From NCBI GenBank assembly GCA_031458695.1, contig JAVKJW010000002.1, forward strand, positions 64,001-128,000: a DNA stretch of 64,000 nt, written 5' to 3'. Made by a program: the position numbers and the translations under genes. Positions 9,613 to 19,156 of the stretch are shown piece by piece. A model generated the notes under the pieces. That model had not been told where the DNA came from. It worked only from the letters and a program-made list of their open reading frames with translations, and searched no databases. The DNA comes from Candidatus Thermofontivivens primus (lineage in GTDB: Bacteria > Sysuimicrobiota > Sysuimicrobiia > Sysuimicrobiales > Thermofontiviventaceae). How positions within the stretch are numbered: position 1 is the stretch's first letter; the number at the start of each line of letters is the position of its first letter.

Positions 9613-9855
9613 ATGGCAGAGAAGAAAGCCGCTACCAAGCAAGTCACCTTGGATGAAACCCAGAAGGCGATCCTCACTGCTATGTCCGGCATGAAGGGTG
9701 CCGTCGGCTGCGGGGATATCGCGAAGGCCGCCAATCTTCCCACGCCGAAGGTTGTAGGGAAGATGCGTAGCCTCGCGAATCTAGGACTTGTCACCTCGCC
9801 GGAGAAGGGGAAGTACCGTCTCACCCCAAAGGGTCGTCGAACCCTCGCTGCCTAA
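9613..9855 (+). CDS. Small basic winged-helix protein (80 aa)
   Basis: GCGDIAKAANLP...MRSLANLGLVTSPEKGKYRLTPKG wHTH pattern; AGGAGG RBS. Confidence 0.75.
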   Translation: MAEKKAATKQVTLDETQKAILTAMSGMKGAVGCGDIAKAANLPTPKVVGKMRSLANLGLVTSPEKGKYRLTPKGRRTLAA

Positions 9856-10109
9856 CCTTTTCTACGATCCCCGCTCCTTCTTGGCTGTAGTGGAATGCTT
9901 ACGCTCACTGCGGAGGGGATCCCCTACCCTTGCGTAGGCGGATGGGCCTTTATTTGCTCCCGCTCGTCGCCCTCCATGAACAGGAACCTGAGGTTGGCCT
10001 TCTCCAGAATCACCCACACATTGCGTTTTGGTGGAGACGCGTAGCCTGTCCGTTGAAGACCCCGCCGCCTCCGACAGGGAATCTTTTGATGAAATTGGAG
10101 TCTGTGCGC

Positions 10110-10185
10110 TTGACAGGGGTATCGAGGTATACTAGAATGACCCTGGTTTTCGTGCCGAAGGAGCCCCCGGCATAAGGAAAAGACG
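10110..10185 (+). promoter_or_regulatory. rplM promoter and candidate L13 leader hairpin
   Basis: TTGACA-N17-TAGAAT (10110-10138), then a GTGCCG/CGGCAT stem containing AGCCCCCGG. Confidence 0.55.
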
Positions 10186-10218
10186 TTTGCCGAGGTACTC
10201 GAGAGAAGGGAATCCGCT

Positions 10219-10647
10219 GTGAAGACGATCATGGCCAAGCCCAACGAGGTGGAGGAGCGCTGGTACCTTGTCGACGCAAGCGGCAAGGTGCTAGGGAGGC
10301 TTGCATCGCGTATTGCCGCAATTCTCCGCGGGAAGCACCGCCCGATATTTACCCCCCATGTCGATCTTCGGGATTTCGTCATTGTGATCAACGCGGAAAA
10401 AATCCGGCTGACCGGGCGGAAAGCGCAACAGAAGATGCTCTACCGGCATTCTGGATACCCTGGAGGGCTCAAGGAGGTCTCCTATGGCACCCTCCTTGCA
10501 ACAAACCCAGAGCAGCTGATCCGGAAGGCCGTCATGGGGATGCTTCCCAAGAACCCGCTGGGCCGCAAGCTCCTGAAGAAGCTCAAAGTCTACCGGGGTC
10601 CGGATCATCCCCACCAGGCCCAGCGGCCGGTACCCCTAGATCTATAG
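10219..10647 (+). CDS. rplM: 50S ribosomal protein L13
   Basis: WYLVDA...LGRLAS...LRGKHRP.FTPHVD...HSGYPGGLK...GMLPKN. Confidence 0.98.
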   Translation: MKTIMAKPNEVEERWYLVDASGKVLGRLASRIAAILRGKHRPIFTPHVDLRDFVIVINAEKIRLTGRKAQQKMLYRHSGYPGGLKEVSYGTLLATNPEQLIRKAVMGMLPKNPLGRKLLKKLKVYRGPDHPHQAQRPVPLDL

Positions 10648-10674
10648 GCTTATGGTCCTTGCATGCGGAAAGGT

Positions 10675-10790
10675 GATCGAGGGTCGAGTGTCGAGGAAAC
10701 CTACCACCCATCAGCGTTCTATCGTACCCCTTTCATAGTCCCTGACGTCGGTGTAGACATCCCTTCCCAGGCCTCGATCCTCGATCCCTC
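10675..10790. repeat. Inverted heptamer repeat arrays in the rplM-rpsI gap
   Basis: TCGAGGG TCGAGTG TCGAGGA (10677-10697) versus CCTCGAT CCTCGAT (10772-10785). Confidence 0.6.
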
Positions 10791-10869
10791 CTCCTTTTCC
10801 TCAAGAAGGGCACTTTAAAGCCCCGGCGTAATCTTTTGACAGGATTTCGCTTGGGACCATTCAAGGCAG

Positions 10870-11277
10870 GTGAGGATGTTGGCTGTTAGTGCACTTACTC
10901 CGGTCGTAGCAGGAAGACGGAAGGAAGCCGTAGCCAGGGTCCGTTTGATCCCGGGCACGGGGAAGATCGTGGTCAACGGGAAGCCCCTGGAAGAGTACTT
11001 CCCGAGGTTTACCTGGCAGAGCATCGTCCGCCAGCCTCTCCTCGTGACCCAGACGGAAGGGCGGTTCGATGTCATTGCCACCGTGGAAGGGGGCGGTCTG
11101 AGCGGCCAGGCCGGCGCCCTCCGGCATGGCATCGCAAATGCTCTCCTCCAGGTGGATCCGCAATTCCGGCCTATCCTCCGGACAACTGGGTTGTTGACAC
11201 GCGACCCGCGCATGAAGGAGCGCAAGAAGTACGGCCGGAAGCGCGCACGGAAGGGGTTCCAGTACTCCAAGCGCTAA
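10870..11277 (+). CDS. rpsI: 30S ribosomal protein S9
   Basis: [45 protein letters not shown]; start could be 10870, 10876 or 10879. Confidence 0.98.
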   Translation: MRMLAVSALTPVVAGRRKEAVARVRLIPGTGKIVVNGKPLEEYFPRFTWQSIVRQPLLVTQTEGRFDVIATVEGGGLSGQAGALRHGIANALLQVDPQFRPILRTTGLLTRDPRMKERKKYGRKRARKGFQYSKR

Positions 11278-11323
11278 GGGCAGGAGCCTCAGCTGTCTCT
11301 GGAGAGAGCCCTGGAGGAGGTGG

Positions 11324-12187
11324 GTGGTGTACCCGTCCAGGCGCGCTGGCACAGGGGGATCTCTCATCTCCTGTTTCCTTGGTATCGCGTTGGCCCTGGC
11401 AATTCCCGGGAAAGCCAATGCGGAACGTATCCATGTTGTTCAGCGTGGGGAGTCGCTTTTTGGCATCGCCAAGCGGTACGGGGTAACAGTGGAGGAGCTA
11501 ACCCGGGTGAATGGCTTGGTAAGCCCAGACAGGATCCAGGCAGGACAGCGACTACGTATCCCAGAACCGGGGAAGAAAGGAGACCGTCCCCTTCCCCACA
11601 GGACACACGTAGTACAGCGTGGGGAGACGCTTTACCGGATCTCCCTCAGGTACGGCACAACGGTTGCTGCCCTCATAGAGGCCAATGGGTTGACCTCCGA
11701 GAGGATCCTGACGGGCCAGGTCCTCCGGATCCCCTCCACTCCCTCCTCCCAAGATGGAGGAACCCTCCTGCCCCCCGGGACCAGTGGAGAAGTGGTGCGG
11801 AGGGCGCTGGGGTGGCTCGGGACACCGTATCGATGGGGTGGAGCCTCCAGGCAAGGGGTTGATTGCTCCGGTCTCGTCTACCTCGTCTTCGCTCCGTGGG
11901 TCCCGAGCATGCCGAGATCTTCCTTTGAACAGTTTCGCCTGGGGATGCCTGTGGATCGCCGGGAGCTCATCCCTGGGGATCTGGTCTTCTTCTCTACCTA
12001 CGCCCCGGGAGCCTCACACGTGGGGATCTACATCGGCGGGGGTCGGTTCATCCACAGCGCAAAGGGTGCGGGAGGGGTCCTGATCACCCCCCTCGAGGAT
12101 CCCTATTATGCAGCGAGGTATCTCGGTGCGCGCAGGATCCTGGTGCAGCCTCCCCAAGAGCCATCCCGGGGGCTTGGTGGAAGCTGA
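11324..12187 (+). CDS. Secreted LysM-LysM-NlpC/P60 peptidoglycan endopeptidase
   Basis: Signal-like N terminus; two HVVQRGE.L..I...YG LysM repeats; GTPYRWGG, DCSGL, SHVGIY. Confidence 0.92.
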   Translation: MVYPSRRAGTGGSLISCFLGIALALAIPGKANAERIHVVQRGESLFGIAKRYGVTVEELTRVNGLVSPDRIQAGQRLRIPEPGKKGDRPLPHRTHVVQRGETLYRISLRYGTTVAALIEANGLTSERILTGQVLRIPSTPSSQDGGTLLPPGTSGEVVRRALGWLGTPYRWGGASRQGVDCSGLVYLVFAPWVPSMPRSSFEQFRLGMPVDRRELIPGDLVFFSTYAPGASHVGIYIGGGRFIHSAKGAGGVLITPLEDPYYAARYLGARRILVQPPQEPSRGLGGS

Positions 12188-12205
12188 AAGCGTTGGGGTC
12201 TGTGC

Positions 12206-12784
12206 ATGGCGAAGCAGGGGGAGAGTGAAAAAGGAAGGGCAAGGCCGACGCTCTGGCAGTTTTTCTCCGTGCTCCTGGTCGTGGGGACTATCGCCATCGG
12301 GGGAGGGCGATCGATCATCGCCATGCTTGAGCGGGAGCTTGTGGTGCGGCGTGCCTGGTTGGGCCGGGAGGAGTTCGCGGATACCTACGCCATGGCGCAC
12401 ATCATCCCCGGGGTGTACTCTGTCAACTTTGGGGTGATCCTGGGGTTCCGGTTCTTCGGGGGAGTTGGGGCTTTGCTCGCCGCCATTGCGCTCGTCTTTC
12501 CTTCTTTCCTGATGGTTCTGCTCCTTTCCAAAGGATACGCGCTCTTGCGCCACACGCAAGCGGTCCAGGGAGCCTTCCAAGCTGTCGCTCCGGCAGTGGT
12601 GGGGATGTTCAGCGCGATCCTGGTAGGCATGGGCAGGACTCTCCTCCGCACCCCCCTTGATGCAATCATGGCCCTCTTTGCCTTCGGGGGGTTCTTATGG
12701 TTCCATCTCCATCCTGCCTTTCTCCTTCTGGCCGCTGGGGGCGCAGGGTACCTCCTGGCGACGGCTCAGAGGCTAGGGAGGTAG
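12206..12784 (+). CDS. Chromate transporter family, short-chain subunit 1
   Basis: IGGG, WL..EEF.D..A.A..IPG, hydrophobic. Confidence 0.85.
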   Translation: MAKQGESEKGRARPTLWQFFSVLLVVGTIAIGGGRSIIAMLERELVVRRAWLGREEFADTYAMAHIIPGVYSVNFGVILGFRFFGGVGALLAAIALVFPSFLMVLLLSKGYALLRHTQAVQGAFQAVAPAVVGMFSAILVGMGRTLLRTPLDAIMALFAFGGFLWFHLHPAFLLLAAGGAGYLLATAQRLGR

Positions 12785-12804
12785 TCTCTCCCTCTTCCAT
12801 TGCG

Positions 12805-13317
12805 ATGCCGATCCTGAAAATCTTTTGGACATTTTTCCGGGTAGGCCTGTTCACATTTGGAGGGGGCTACGCCATGGTCCCCCTGATCCAGGAAGAGGCT
12901 GTGGACCGGGCTGGCTGGCTGACAACAGCTGAATTCCTTGATGGGATTGCCATCAGCCAGCTCACGCCTGGCCCCTTCGCCATCCTTGCGACGTTTGTGG
13001 GGTTCAAGGCGGCAGGCTTCCTAGGGGCCTTGGTCGCGACGCTGGGCATCTTCACTCCCTCCCTGCTCGTTGGCTGGGCGATCCTGCGTCTCCAGGTTTT
13101 CTTCCGGGGGGTTTCTGCGATGGACCGGGTCTGGGCGGCCATGCGGGCAGCAGTCGTAGGGCTCCTGCTCGGGGCGGTTATTCGCCTGGGCCTCTCCAGC
13201 ATTCCCTCCCTCCCCTTTGGAGCGATCGCTCTGGGAGCATTCATGGCGGCACGTAGGGGAGTTTCTCCCATTCTCATCGTGCTCATCGCTGCTCTTATTG
13301 GGTTGATGTTCTCCTAG
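12805..13317 (+). CDS. Chromate transporter family, short-chain subunit 2
   Basis: FGGGYAM, EFLDGIAISQLTPGP, ATFVG. Confidence 0.88.
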   Translation: MPILKIFWTFFRVGLFTFGGGYAMVPLIQEEAVDRAGWLTTAEFLDGIAISQLTPGPFAILATFVGFKAAGFLGALVATLGIFTPSLLVGWAILRLQVFFRGVSAMDRVWAAMRAAVVGLLLGAVIRLGLSSIPSLPFGAIALGAFMAARRGVSPILIVLIAALIGLMFS

Positions 13318-13481
13318 CGAAAGTCCTTGGTTTTCGCCGGGGCTTCCTTGTTTGCTTCCTCTCAGCTTTCCTCCCCAGTGCACCAGAGGATTGGCCTGTG
13401 GCCATGGCGAAGACACTGCCAGGTAGCGCAAGGAAGACACAACTGGGCAATCCTTTCTGGATACTATAGAGGAGGGGCATC

Positions 13482-14819
13482 GTGAGGAAGATCCGGGTCA
13501 TTATCATGGGGGCAGGAGGGCGGGACTTCCATAATTTCAACGTCTACTTCCGCGGGAACGAACGCTACGAGGTCGTTGCATTTACCGCCGCACAGATTCC
13601 CGAGATCGAGGGAAGACGTTACCCTCCTGAACTCGCTGGTCCCGGATACCCTGAGGGGATTCCTATCTATGCAGAAGAAGAACTCGTCTCGCTGATCCGG
13701 AAGTTCGCGGTGGATGAGGTCGTGTTCGCCTATAGCGACGTCTCCCATGAGTATGTCATGCACCGAGCATCTCTAGCGATGAGCGCCGGTGCCAGCTTCA
13801 GACTTCTGGGGCCGAAGGAGACAATGCTGAAAGCGCGCGTCCCTGTGGTGAGCGTAGGTGCGGTCCGTACAGGAAGCGGGAAGAGCCCTGTTTCTAGGCG
13901 CATCGGCCTCCTCCTTCAGGAACTGGGTTGGAAAGTGGTGGTGATCCGTCACCCCATGGCTTACGGGGACCTCCGCCGCCAGGTGTGCCAGCGGTTTGCC
14001 TCCCTCGAGGATCTCGACAGGCACGCTGTGACCATCGAGGAGCGAGAAGAATACGAGCCCCACTTGCGGCGAGGGCTCGTCGTGTATGCAGGCGTGGACT
14101 ACGAACAAGTGGTGCGTGCGGCCGAGGCAGAAGCGGAGGTGATCCTCTGGGATGGAGGGAACAACGACTTCCCTTTCCTCGTGCCGGACCTCCACATTGT
14201 GGTCGTTGATCCCCACCGAGCCGGGCACGAGCTCACCTATCACCCAGGTGAGACAAATCTCCGCATGGCCAACGTGGTGGTGATTAACAAGGTGGACACA
14301 GCTCCACCCACTGCTGTAGAACAAGTACGGAGGAACATCCAGAGCGTCAATCCGGAGGCCACCATCGTAGAGACAAACTCTCCCATTTATGTAGACCAGC
14401 CGGAGCGGATTAGGGGGAGGCGGGTGCTCGTTGTGGAGGATGGGCCAACCCTTACCCATGGGGAGATGGCCTATGGCGCAGGGATGATTGCCGCCCAGAG
14501 GTACGGGGCGCGAGAACTCGTGGATCCACGCCCATTTGCGGTGGGATCTATCCAGGAGGTCTACCAGATGTACCCGCACCTCGGGCCGGTGCTCCCGGCA
14601 ATGGGGTACAGCGCACGTCAGATCCGCGAGCTGGAGGAGACCATCCATCGCAGCAACGCGGAGGTGGTGGTGATGAGCACCCCCGTAGACCTGCGCCGGG
14701 TGATCCGTCTGGACAGGCCTTCTGTCCGCATCACCTACGAGGTTGAGGAAAGGACGAAGCCAGATCTCCGGGAGATTCTGGCGGCTTGGACGGAGAACGT
14801 GAGAGGGGAGAAGCATTAA
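13482..14819 (+). CDS. Cyclic-2,3-diphosphoglycerate-synthetase-like P-loop NTPase; probable arginine synthetase (ArcE type)
   Basis: MGAGGRDFHNFN, AVRTGSGKS P-loop, IRHPM.YG, TIEEREEYEPH, WDGGNND, VEDGPTLTHG; TAATG overlap with OTC. Confidence 0.75.
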   Translation: MRKIRVIIMGAGGRDFHNFNVYFRGNERYEVVAFTAAQIPEIEGRRYPPELAGPGYPEGIPIYAEEELVSLIRKFAVDEVVFAYSDVSHEYVMHRASLAMSAGASFRLLGPKETMLKARVPVVSVGAVRTGSGKSPVSRRIGLLLQELGWKVVVIRHPMAYGDLRRQVCQRFASLEDLDRHAVTIEEREEYEPHLRRGLVVYAGVDYEQVVRAAEAEAEVILWDGGNNDFPFLVPDLHIVVVDPHRAGHELTYHPGETNLRMANVVVINKVDTAPPTAVEQVRRNIQSVNPEATIVETNSPIYVDQPERIRGRRVLVVEDGPTLTHGEMAYGAGMIAAQRYGARELVDPRPFAVGSIQEVYQMYPHLGPVLPAMGYSARQIRELEETIHRSNAEVVVMSTPVDLRRVIRLDRPSVRITYEVEERTKPDLREILAAWTENVRGEKH

Positions 14820-15757
14820 TGGCGCCTGGGACCTTGCAAGGACGCGATCTTCTGTCCATGGATGACCTCTCCGTCGAGGAACTCTGGATGGTGCTGGACC
14901 TGGCCCTTGATCTCAAGGCACGCATGAAAGCCGGGGAGCGTCCACCGCTGCTTCAGGGGAAAACCCTGGCGATGATCTTTGAGAAGCCCTCCCTGCGGAC
15001 GCGGGTGACCTTCGAGGTGGGGATGTGGCAGCTCGGGGGGACTGCTGTCTACCTCGCCCCTCAGGATGTGCAGCTCGGAGTGCGTGAGAGTGTCGCCGAC
15101 GTGGCTCGAAACCTAGCTCGGTGGGTCGACGGGATCGCTGCACGGACCTTCCGTCATGCGACGGTGGAGGAGCTGGCAAAACACGCGGAGATCCCTGTGA
15201 TCAACGCACTGTCCGACTTGGAGCACCCTTGTCAGGTGATCGCAGATCTCCTGACCATCTACGAGAAGCGTCGGCGCTTGGAGGGATTGCGGATCGCCTG
15301 GATCGGGGACGGGAACAACGTCTGCCACTCCCTCCTCCTCGGAGCGGCGAAGATGGGGATGCACATCGTTGTGGCCACTCCGGAGGGGTATGCCCCCAGG
15401 GAAGATGTGGTGGAGCGGGCGCAAACGTCTGCCGCACGCTCGGGAGGACGTATCCAGCTCACCCAGGACCCTCGGGAGGCTGCCTCCGGCGCCGACATCA
15501 TTTATACCGATGTGTGGGTCAGTATGGGCCAGGAGGAAGAGCGCGAGGTGCGATTGCAAGTTTTCCGCCCGTACCAGGTCAACCAAGCCCTACTCGCCCT
15601 GGCGAACAAGGATGTCCTTGTGATGCACTGCCTCCCTGCGCACCGGGGGGAGGAGATCACCGACGATGTCCTGGACGGGCCTCACTCTGTGGTCCTGGAC
15701 GAGGCAGAGAACCGGCTCCATGCACAGAAGGCCCTGCTCGCTCTATTGCTAAGGTAG
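14819..15757 (+). CDS. argF: Ornithine carbamoyltransferase
   Basis: FEKPSLRT, HPCQ, GDGNNV, YTDVWVSMG, HCLP, AENRLH. Confidence 0.96.
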   Translation: MAPGTLQGRDLLSMDDLSVEELWMVLDLALDLKARMKAGERPPLLQGKTLAMIFEKPSLRTRVTFEVGMWQLGGTAVYLAPQDVQLGVRESVADVARNLARWVDGIAARTFRHATVEELAKHAEIPVINALSDLEHPCQVIADLLTIYEKRRRLEGLRIAWIGDGNNVCHSLLLGAAKMGMHIVVATPEGYAPREDVVERAQTSAARSGGRIQLTQDPREAASGADIIYTDVWVSMGQEEEREVRLQVFRPYQVNQALLALANKDVLVMHCLPAHRGEEITDDVLDGPHSVVLDEAENRLHAQKALLALLLR

Positions 15758-15759
15758 CC

Positions 15760-16554
15760 ATGCCTGTGCAGATTCGTCTTGCGGATCTTCTGGACATCGC
15801 CGTGGTGACCTTCCTGGTCTACCAGCTGCTCATGCTCATCCGCGGCACGCGGGCGGTCCAGCTGGTGATGGGATTAGCCGTACTGTTTGTCGCATACGCC
15901 GTAAGCCGGATGCTCGGCCTATATACCCTCCAGTGGATCCTGGGCTACATGGGCCTCGTGATCCCCATCGCCCTCCTTGTTCTCTTCCAGCCTGAGCTCA
16001 GGCGCATGCTGGAACAACTGGGGCGGGGTGGACCCCTCGCACTCGCCATCTCTCCAGGTCTCCTCGACCGCCAGGCCACGATCCGTTTGGTCAACGACGT
16101 GGCGAGGGCGGCACGGATTCTCTCCCTGAGGAAGTTTGGAGCACTGGTGGTGCTCGAACGCCGGACGGGCCTTGGGGATTTCATCGAAACAGGGATCCCA
16201 GTTGATGCCGTGGTAACCGTCCAGCTCCTCATCAGCCTCTTTTTCCCCAATAGCCCCTTGCACGATGGTGCTGTGATCATCCGGGGGAACCGCGTGGTCG
16301 CGGCCGGGTGTCTCCTCCCCCTCAGTGAGAACCCTTCGATCAGCAAGACGCTGGGGACTAGACACCGGGCGGCCATTGGGATCACGGAAGAGACGGATGC
16401 CGTTGCTGTCGTCGTCTCCGAGGAGACAGGGACGATCTCGTTGGCCAAGGAGGGAGAGTTGCGCCGTGGACTCTCTGAGGAAGAGCTGAAGGTCGAGCTC
16501 CTCGATCTCATTGCAGGGGGGCAACGCCCTCTCCTCCGTTCGTGGGCGCGCTGA
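15760..16554 (+). CDS. cdaA: Diadenylate cyclase CdaA
   Basis: Three TM segments, FQPELRR, PLHDGA, GTRHRAA, SEETG; real start is ATG 15760. Confidence 0.95.
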   Translation: MPVQIRLADLLDIAVVTFLVYQLLMLIRGTRAVQLVMGLAVLFVAYAVSRMLGLYTLQWILGYMGLVIPIALLVLFQPELRRMLEQLGRGGPLALAISPGLLDRQATIRLVNDVARAARILSLRKFGALVVLERRTGLGDFIETGIPVDAVVTVQLLISLFFPNSPLHDGAVIIRGNRVVAAGCLLPLSENPSISKTLGTRHRAAIGITEETDAVAVVVSEETGTISLAKEGELRRGLSEEELKVELLDLIAGGQRPLLRSWAR

Positions 16555-16555
16555 G

Positions 16556-17740
16556 ATGCGAAGGTTCTTTCATGAACGGAACCTTTACCTCTTGCTCTCC
16601 CTGGCGATTGCCACGGTGATGTGGCTTTACGTCGCCAGCATCCAGAACCCCGAGGTGGAGCGGTCCACGAGGGTAAACCTGCGCCTCCGTGGGCTTGGCT
16701 CGAACCTCATCGTCGTGCGAGCTCCTTCCGAGGTTGAAGTACGCCTCCGCGGCCCCCGCTCTGCTTTCTCCTCCTTAGAAGGAGTTGAGGCGTGGGCAGA
16801 TCTCTCCGGTCTGTACCCCGGCGAGCACAGGGTGCCCGTTTTGGTGACAGTTCCGGAAAATGTGAGGGTGTTGGGGAAGGAACCGCGAGAAGTCGTCGTC
16901 GTGGTGGACAGGAAGGCTAGGCGTGAGATGGATGTGGAAATCGAGTTCATCGGCAGACTTCCTCCAGGGATTGCCCTTGGGGAGCCTGAGGTCAATCCCC
17001 CCCGGGTGGTCATCGAGGGTCCCCAGGGGGAGGTGAAGGCAGTCCAGCGTGTGTTCGTCTCCCTCGATGTTAACGGCATCCGGAGCACGCAGACACTCAC
17101 CCTCTCCCCAAGAGTTGTAGGGGCACGAGGAGAGTTCGTGCAGGGCGTGGAGGTCGTGCCCTCGGCCATCCAGGTGAAGGTTCCCGTGAAGGAGGAGTTC
17201 CTGGTCAAGGTCCTCCCCGTTCTCCCAGTCGTTCAAGGGTCCCCGGCTCCGGGGTACTCCATACACTCTGTGGCTGTCTCTCCCACAACCGTAACAACCC
17301 AGGGACCCGGTCGGGCCCTCGAAAACTTGGCTTTCCTGTATACTCTCCCTGTAGACATCGAGGGCGCGAGTTCCGACGTCGTCCAGGAAGTTTCCCTCCA
17401 AGTTCCCGAGGGAGTCCAGGCCGAGAAGACCCAGGTGAGAGTTTCTGTGGCTGTCCGTCGGTCGGTGGCCGCAAAAGTGCTGAAGGAGATACCGGTACGC
17501 CTCACCGGAGTCCCCCAGGGGTTCCGGGCCAAGGTAGAGCCTGGGACGGTCACTGTGATCCTCCAGGCTCCCCCTCCTGCTCTTGCCCAGATCGCTGCTT
17601 CCGATGTTACTGTCTTGGTGAGCGCTAGTGGGCTTGGTCCAGGGAGGCACACAAGACCGCTGGAGGTCCACGCTCCCCTTGGGGTGACGGTGATAGAGGT
17701 CGTGCCCAGGACCGTTACAATCTCCCTCGAGGAGGGCTGA
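16556..17740 (+). CDS. cdaR: CdaR/YbbR-domain regulator
   Basis: N-terminal TM SLAIA..MWLYV, repeated P..V.V.GP YbbR-like units; lies between cdaA and glmM. Confidence 0.9.
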   Translation: MRRFFHERNLYLLLSLAIATVMWLYVASIQNPEVERSTRVNLRLRGLGSNLIVVRAPSEVEVRLRGPRSAFSSLEGVEAWADLSGLYPGEHRVPVLVTVPENVRVLGKEPREVVVVVDRKARREMDVEIEFIGRLPPGIALGEPEVNPPRVVIEGPQGEVKAVQRVFVSLDVNGIRSTQTLTLSPRVVGARGEFVQGVEVVPSAIQVKVPVKEEFLVKVLPVLPVVQGSPAPGYSIHSVAVSPTTVTTQGPGRALENLAFLYTLPVDIEGASSDVVQEVSLQVPEGVQAEKTQVRVSVAVRRSVAAKVLKEIPVRLTGVPQGFRAKVEPGTVTVILQAPPPALAQIAASDVTVLVSASGLGPGRHTRPLEVHAPLGVTVIEVVPRTVTISLEEG

Positions 17741-17775
17741 CGGGACCTGGTGTGGGAGGGGAGAGGGAGTTAAAC

Positions 17776-19131
17776 ATGGGCAAGCTCTTTGGGACCGATG
17801 GAATTCGGGGCATCGCGAACGCGGATCTGACACCTGAGCTCGCCTTCCAAGTGGGGCGTGCGGCAGCTTTCTGCCTCCTGCGGGGGCGCACGGGCCCCGT
17901 CCTCCTTGGCCGTGATACCCGACTCTCTGGGTCGATGCTGGAAGCCTCCCTGGTAGCTGCGATCTGCTCGGTAGGGGGAGATGTGGCAAGGCTTGGGATC
18001 CTCCCAACTCCAGGGGTCGCCTATCTCACCAGAAGTTTCGGGGCGCCCTTTGGGGTAGTGATCTCAGCTTCCCATAACCCCATCGAGGATAATGGCATCA
18101 AATTTTTTGACCACGATGGGTTCAAGCTTCCAGAGAGCCTGGAGGAGGAGATTGAAGCACTGACCACTGCGTCTCAGGAGTTTCCCAGAGCAACGGGCAG
18201 AGCGATTGGGCAAGCGTGGGATCTGCCCCAGGGCGAGGAGGAATATCTCTCGTACTTGCTTGCGCACGCGCGGGGGAAGCTTGAGGGATGGCGCATCGTG
18301 GTGGATTGCGCGTACGGAGCAAGCTACCGGATCGCCCCTCGGTTGTGGGAGGCGCTCGGGGCTCGCGTGATCGCTCTGCACGATGAACCGGATGGAGCGC
18401 GCATTAACGTGGCCTGCGGGTCCACCCACCCGGAAGTCCTCCAGAAGGCCGTCCGGGAGCATGGAGCTGACCTGGGGTTCTCCCACGATGGGGATGCTGA
18501 CCGCGTCATCGCTGTGGATGAGCGCGGAGAGGTCGTGGACGGGGACCGCATTCTGGGGATCTGTGCCTTGCACCTGCACGCGTTGGGCAGGCTTCCAGGG
18601 AAGCGCGTGGTTGGTACCGTGATGAGCAACCTGGGCCTGGAGAAGGCATTGGCCAGGGCGGGGATTGTCCTGGAACGGACCAAGGTAGGCGACCGGTACG
18701 TTCTGGAGAAGATGCGCGAGCTCAACGCTCCCCTGGGAGGGGAGCAGAGCGGCCACATCATCTTTCTCGAATATGCAACGACGGGGGATGGCTTACTGAC
18801 TGCTCTCCAGCTCGTGAATGTCATGCTAGAAACGGGCAAACGGCTCTCTGACCTTGCTGCACCCATCGAGCGCTTCCCGCAGGTCCTCAAGAACGTGCGC
18901 GTTGCATCGCGTCCGGAGGTCGAGCGGGATGAGGAGATCCAAGAAGCTGTGCAGAGGTTCGCCTCTGCACTCGCCGGCCAGGGTAGGGTCCTTGTCCGCC
19001 CTTCGGGTACGGAGCCCGTTGTCCGGGTCATGGTCGAGTGTGAGCAAGAGGAGGAGGCAGAAGCCATTGCTGCCGAACTTGTAGAACTGATCCAGCGGAA
19101 GTACGGGGTAGAGATGGCGGGAGGGAGGTGA
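17776..19131 (+). CDS. glmM: Phosphoglucosamine mutase
   Basis: FGTDGIRG, ISASHNP, DGDADR, GGEQSGH, RPSGTEP. Confidence 0.97.
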   Translation: MGKLFGTDGIRGIANADLTPELAFQVGRAAAFCLLRGRTGPVLLGRDTRLSGSMLEASLVAAICSVGGDVARLGILPTPGVAYLTRSFGAPFGVVISASHNPIEDNGIKFFDHDGFKLPESLEEEIEALTTASQEFPRATGRAIGQAWDLPQGEEEYLSYLLAHARGKLEGWRIVVDCAYGASYRIAPRLWEALGARVIALHDEPDGARINVACGSTHPEVLQKAVREHGADLGFSHDGDADRVIAVDERGEVVDGDRILGICALHLHALGRLPGKRVVGTVMSNLGLEKALARAGIVLERTKVGDRYVLEKMRELNAPLGGEQSGHIIFLEYATTGDGLLTALQLVNVMLETGKRLSDLAAPIERFPQVLKNVRVASRPEVERDEEIQEAVQRFASALAGQGRVLVRPSGTEPVVRVMVECEQEEEAEAIAAELVELIQRKYGVEMAGGR

Positions 19132-19156
19132 GAACAAAGGTGCACGGCCCCGCTTG

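Noticed and set aside
9613..9855. DsrD
   Set aside because: Similar size and fold class, but it lacks the WSSGST-type motif and there are no dsr genes
9930..10175. Small ORFs or a pseudogene upstream of rplM
   Set aside because: No RBS or recognisable motif; overlaps the rplM promoter
15121..15759. N-terminal extension of CdaA (477-aa ORF)
   Set aside because: Overlaps argF out of frame; CdaA similarity begins at ATG 15760
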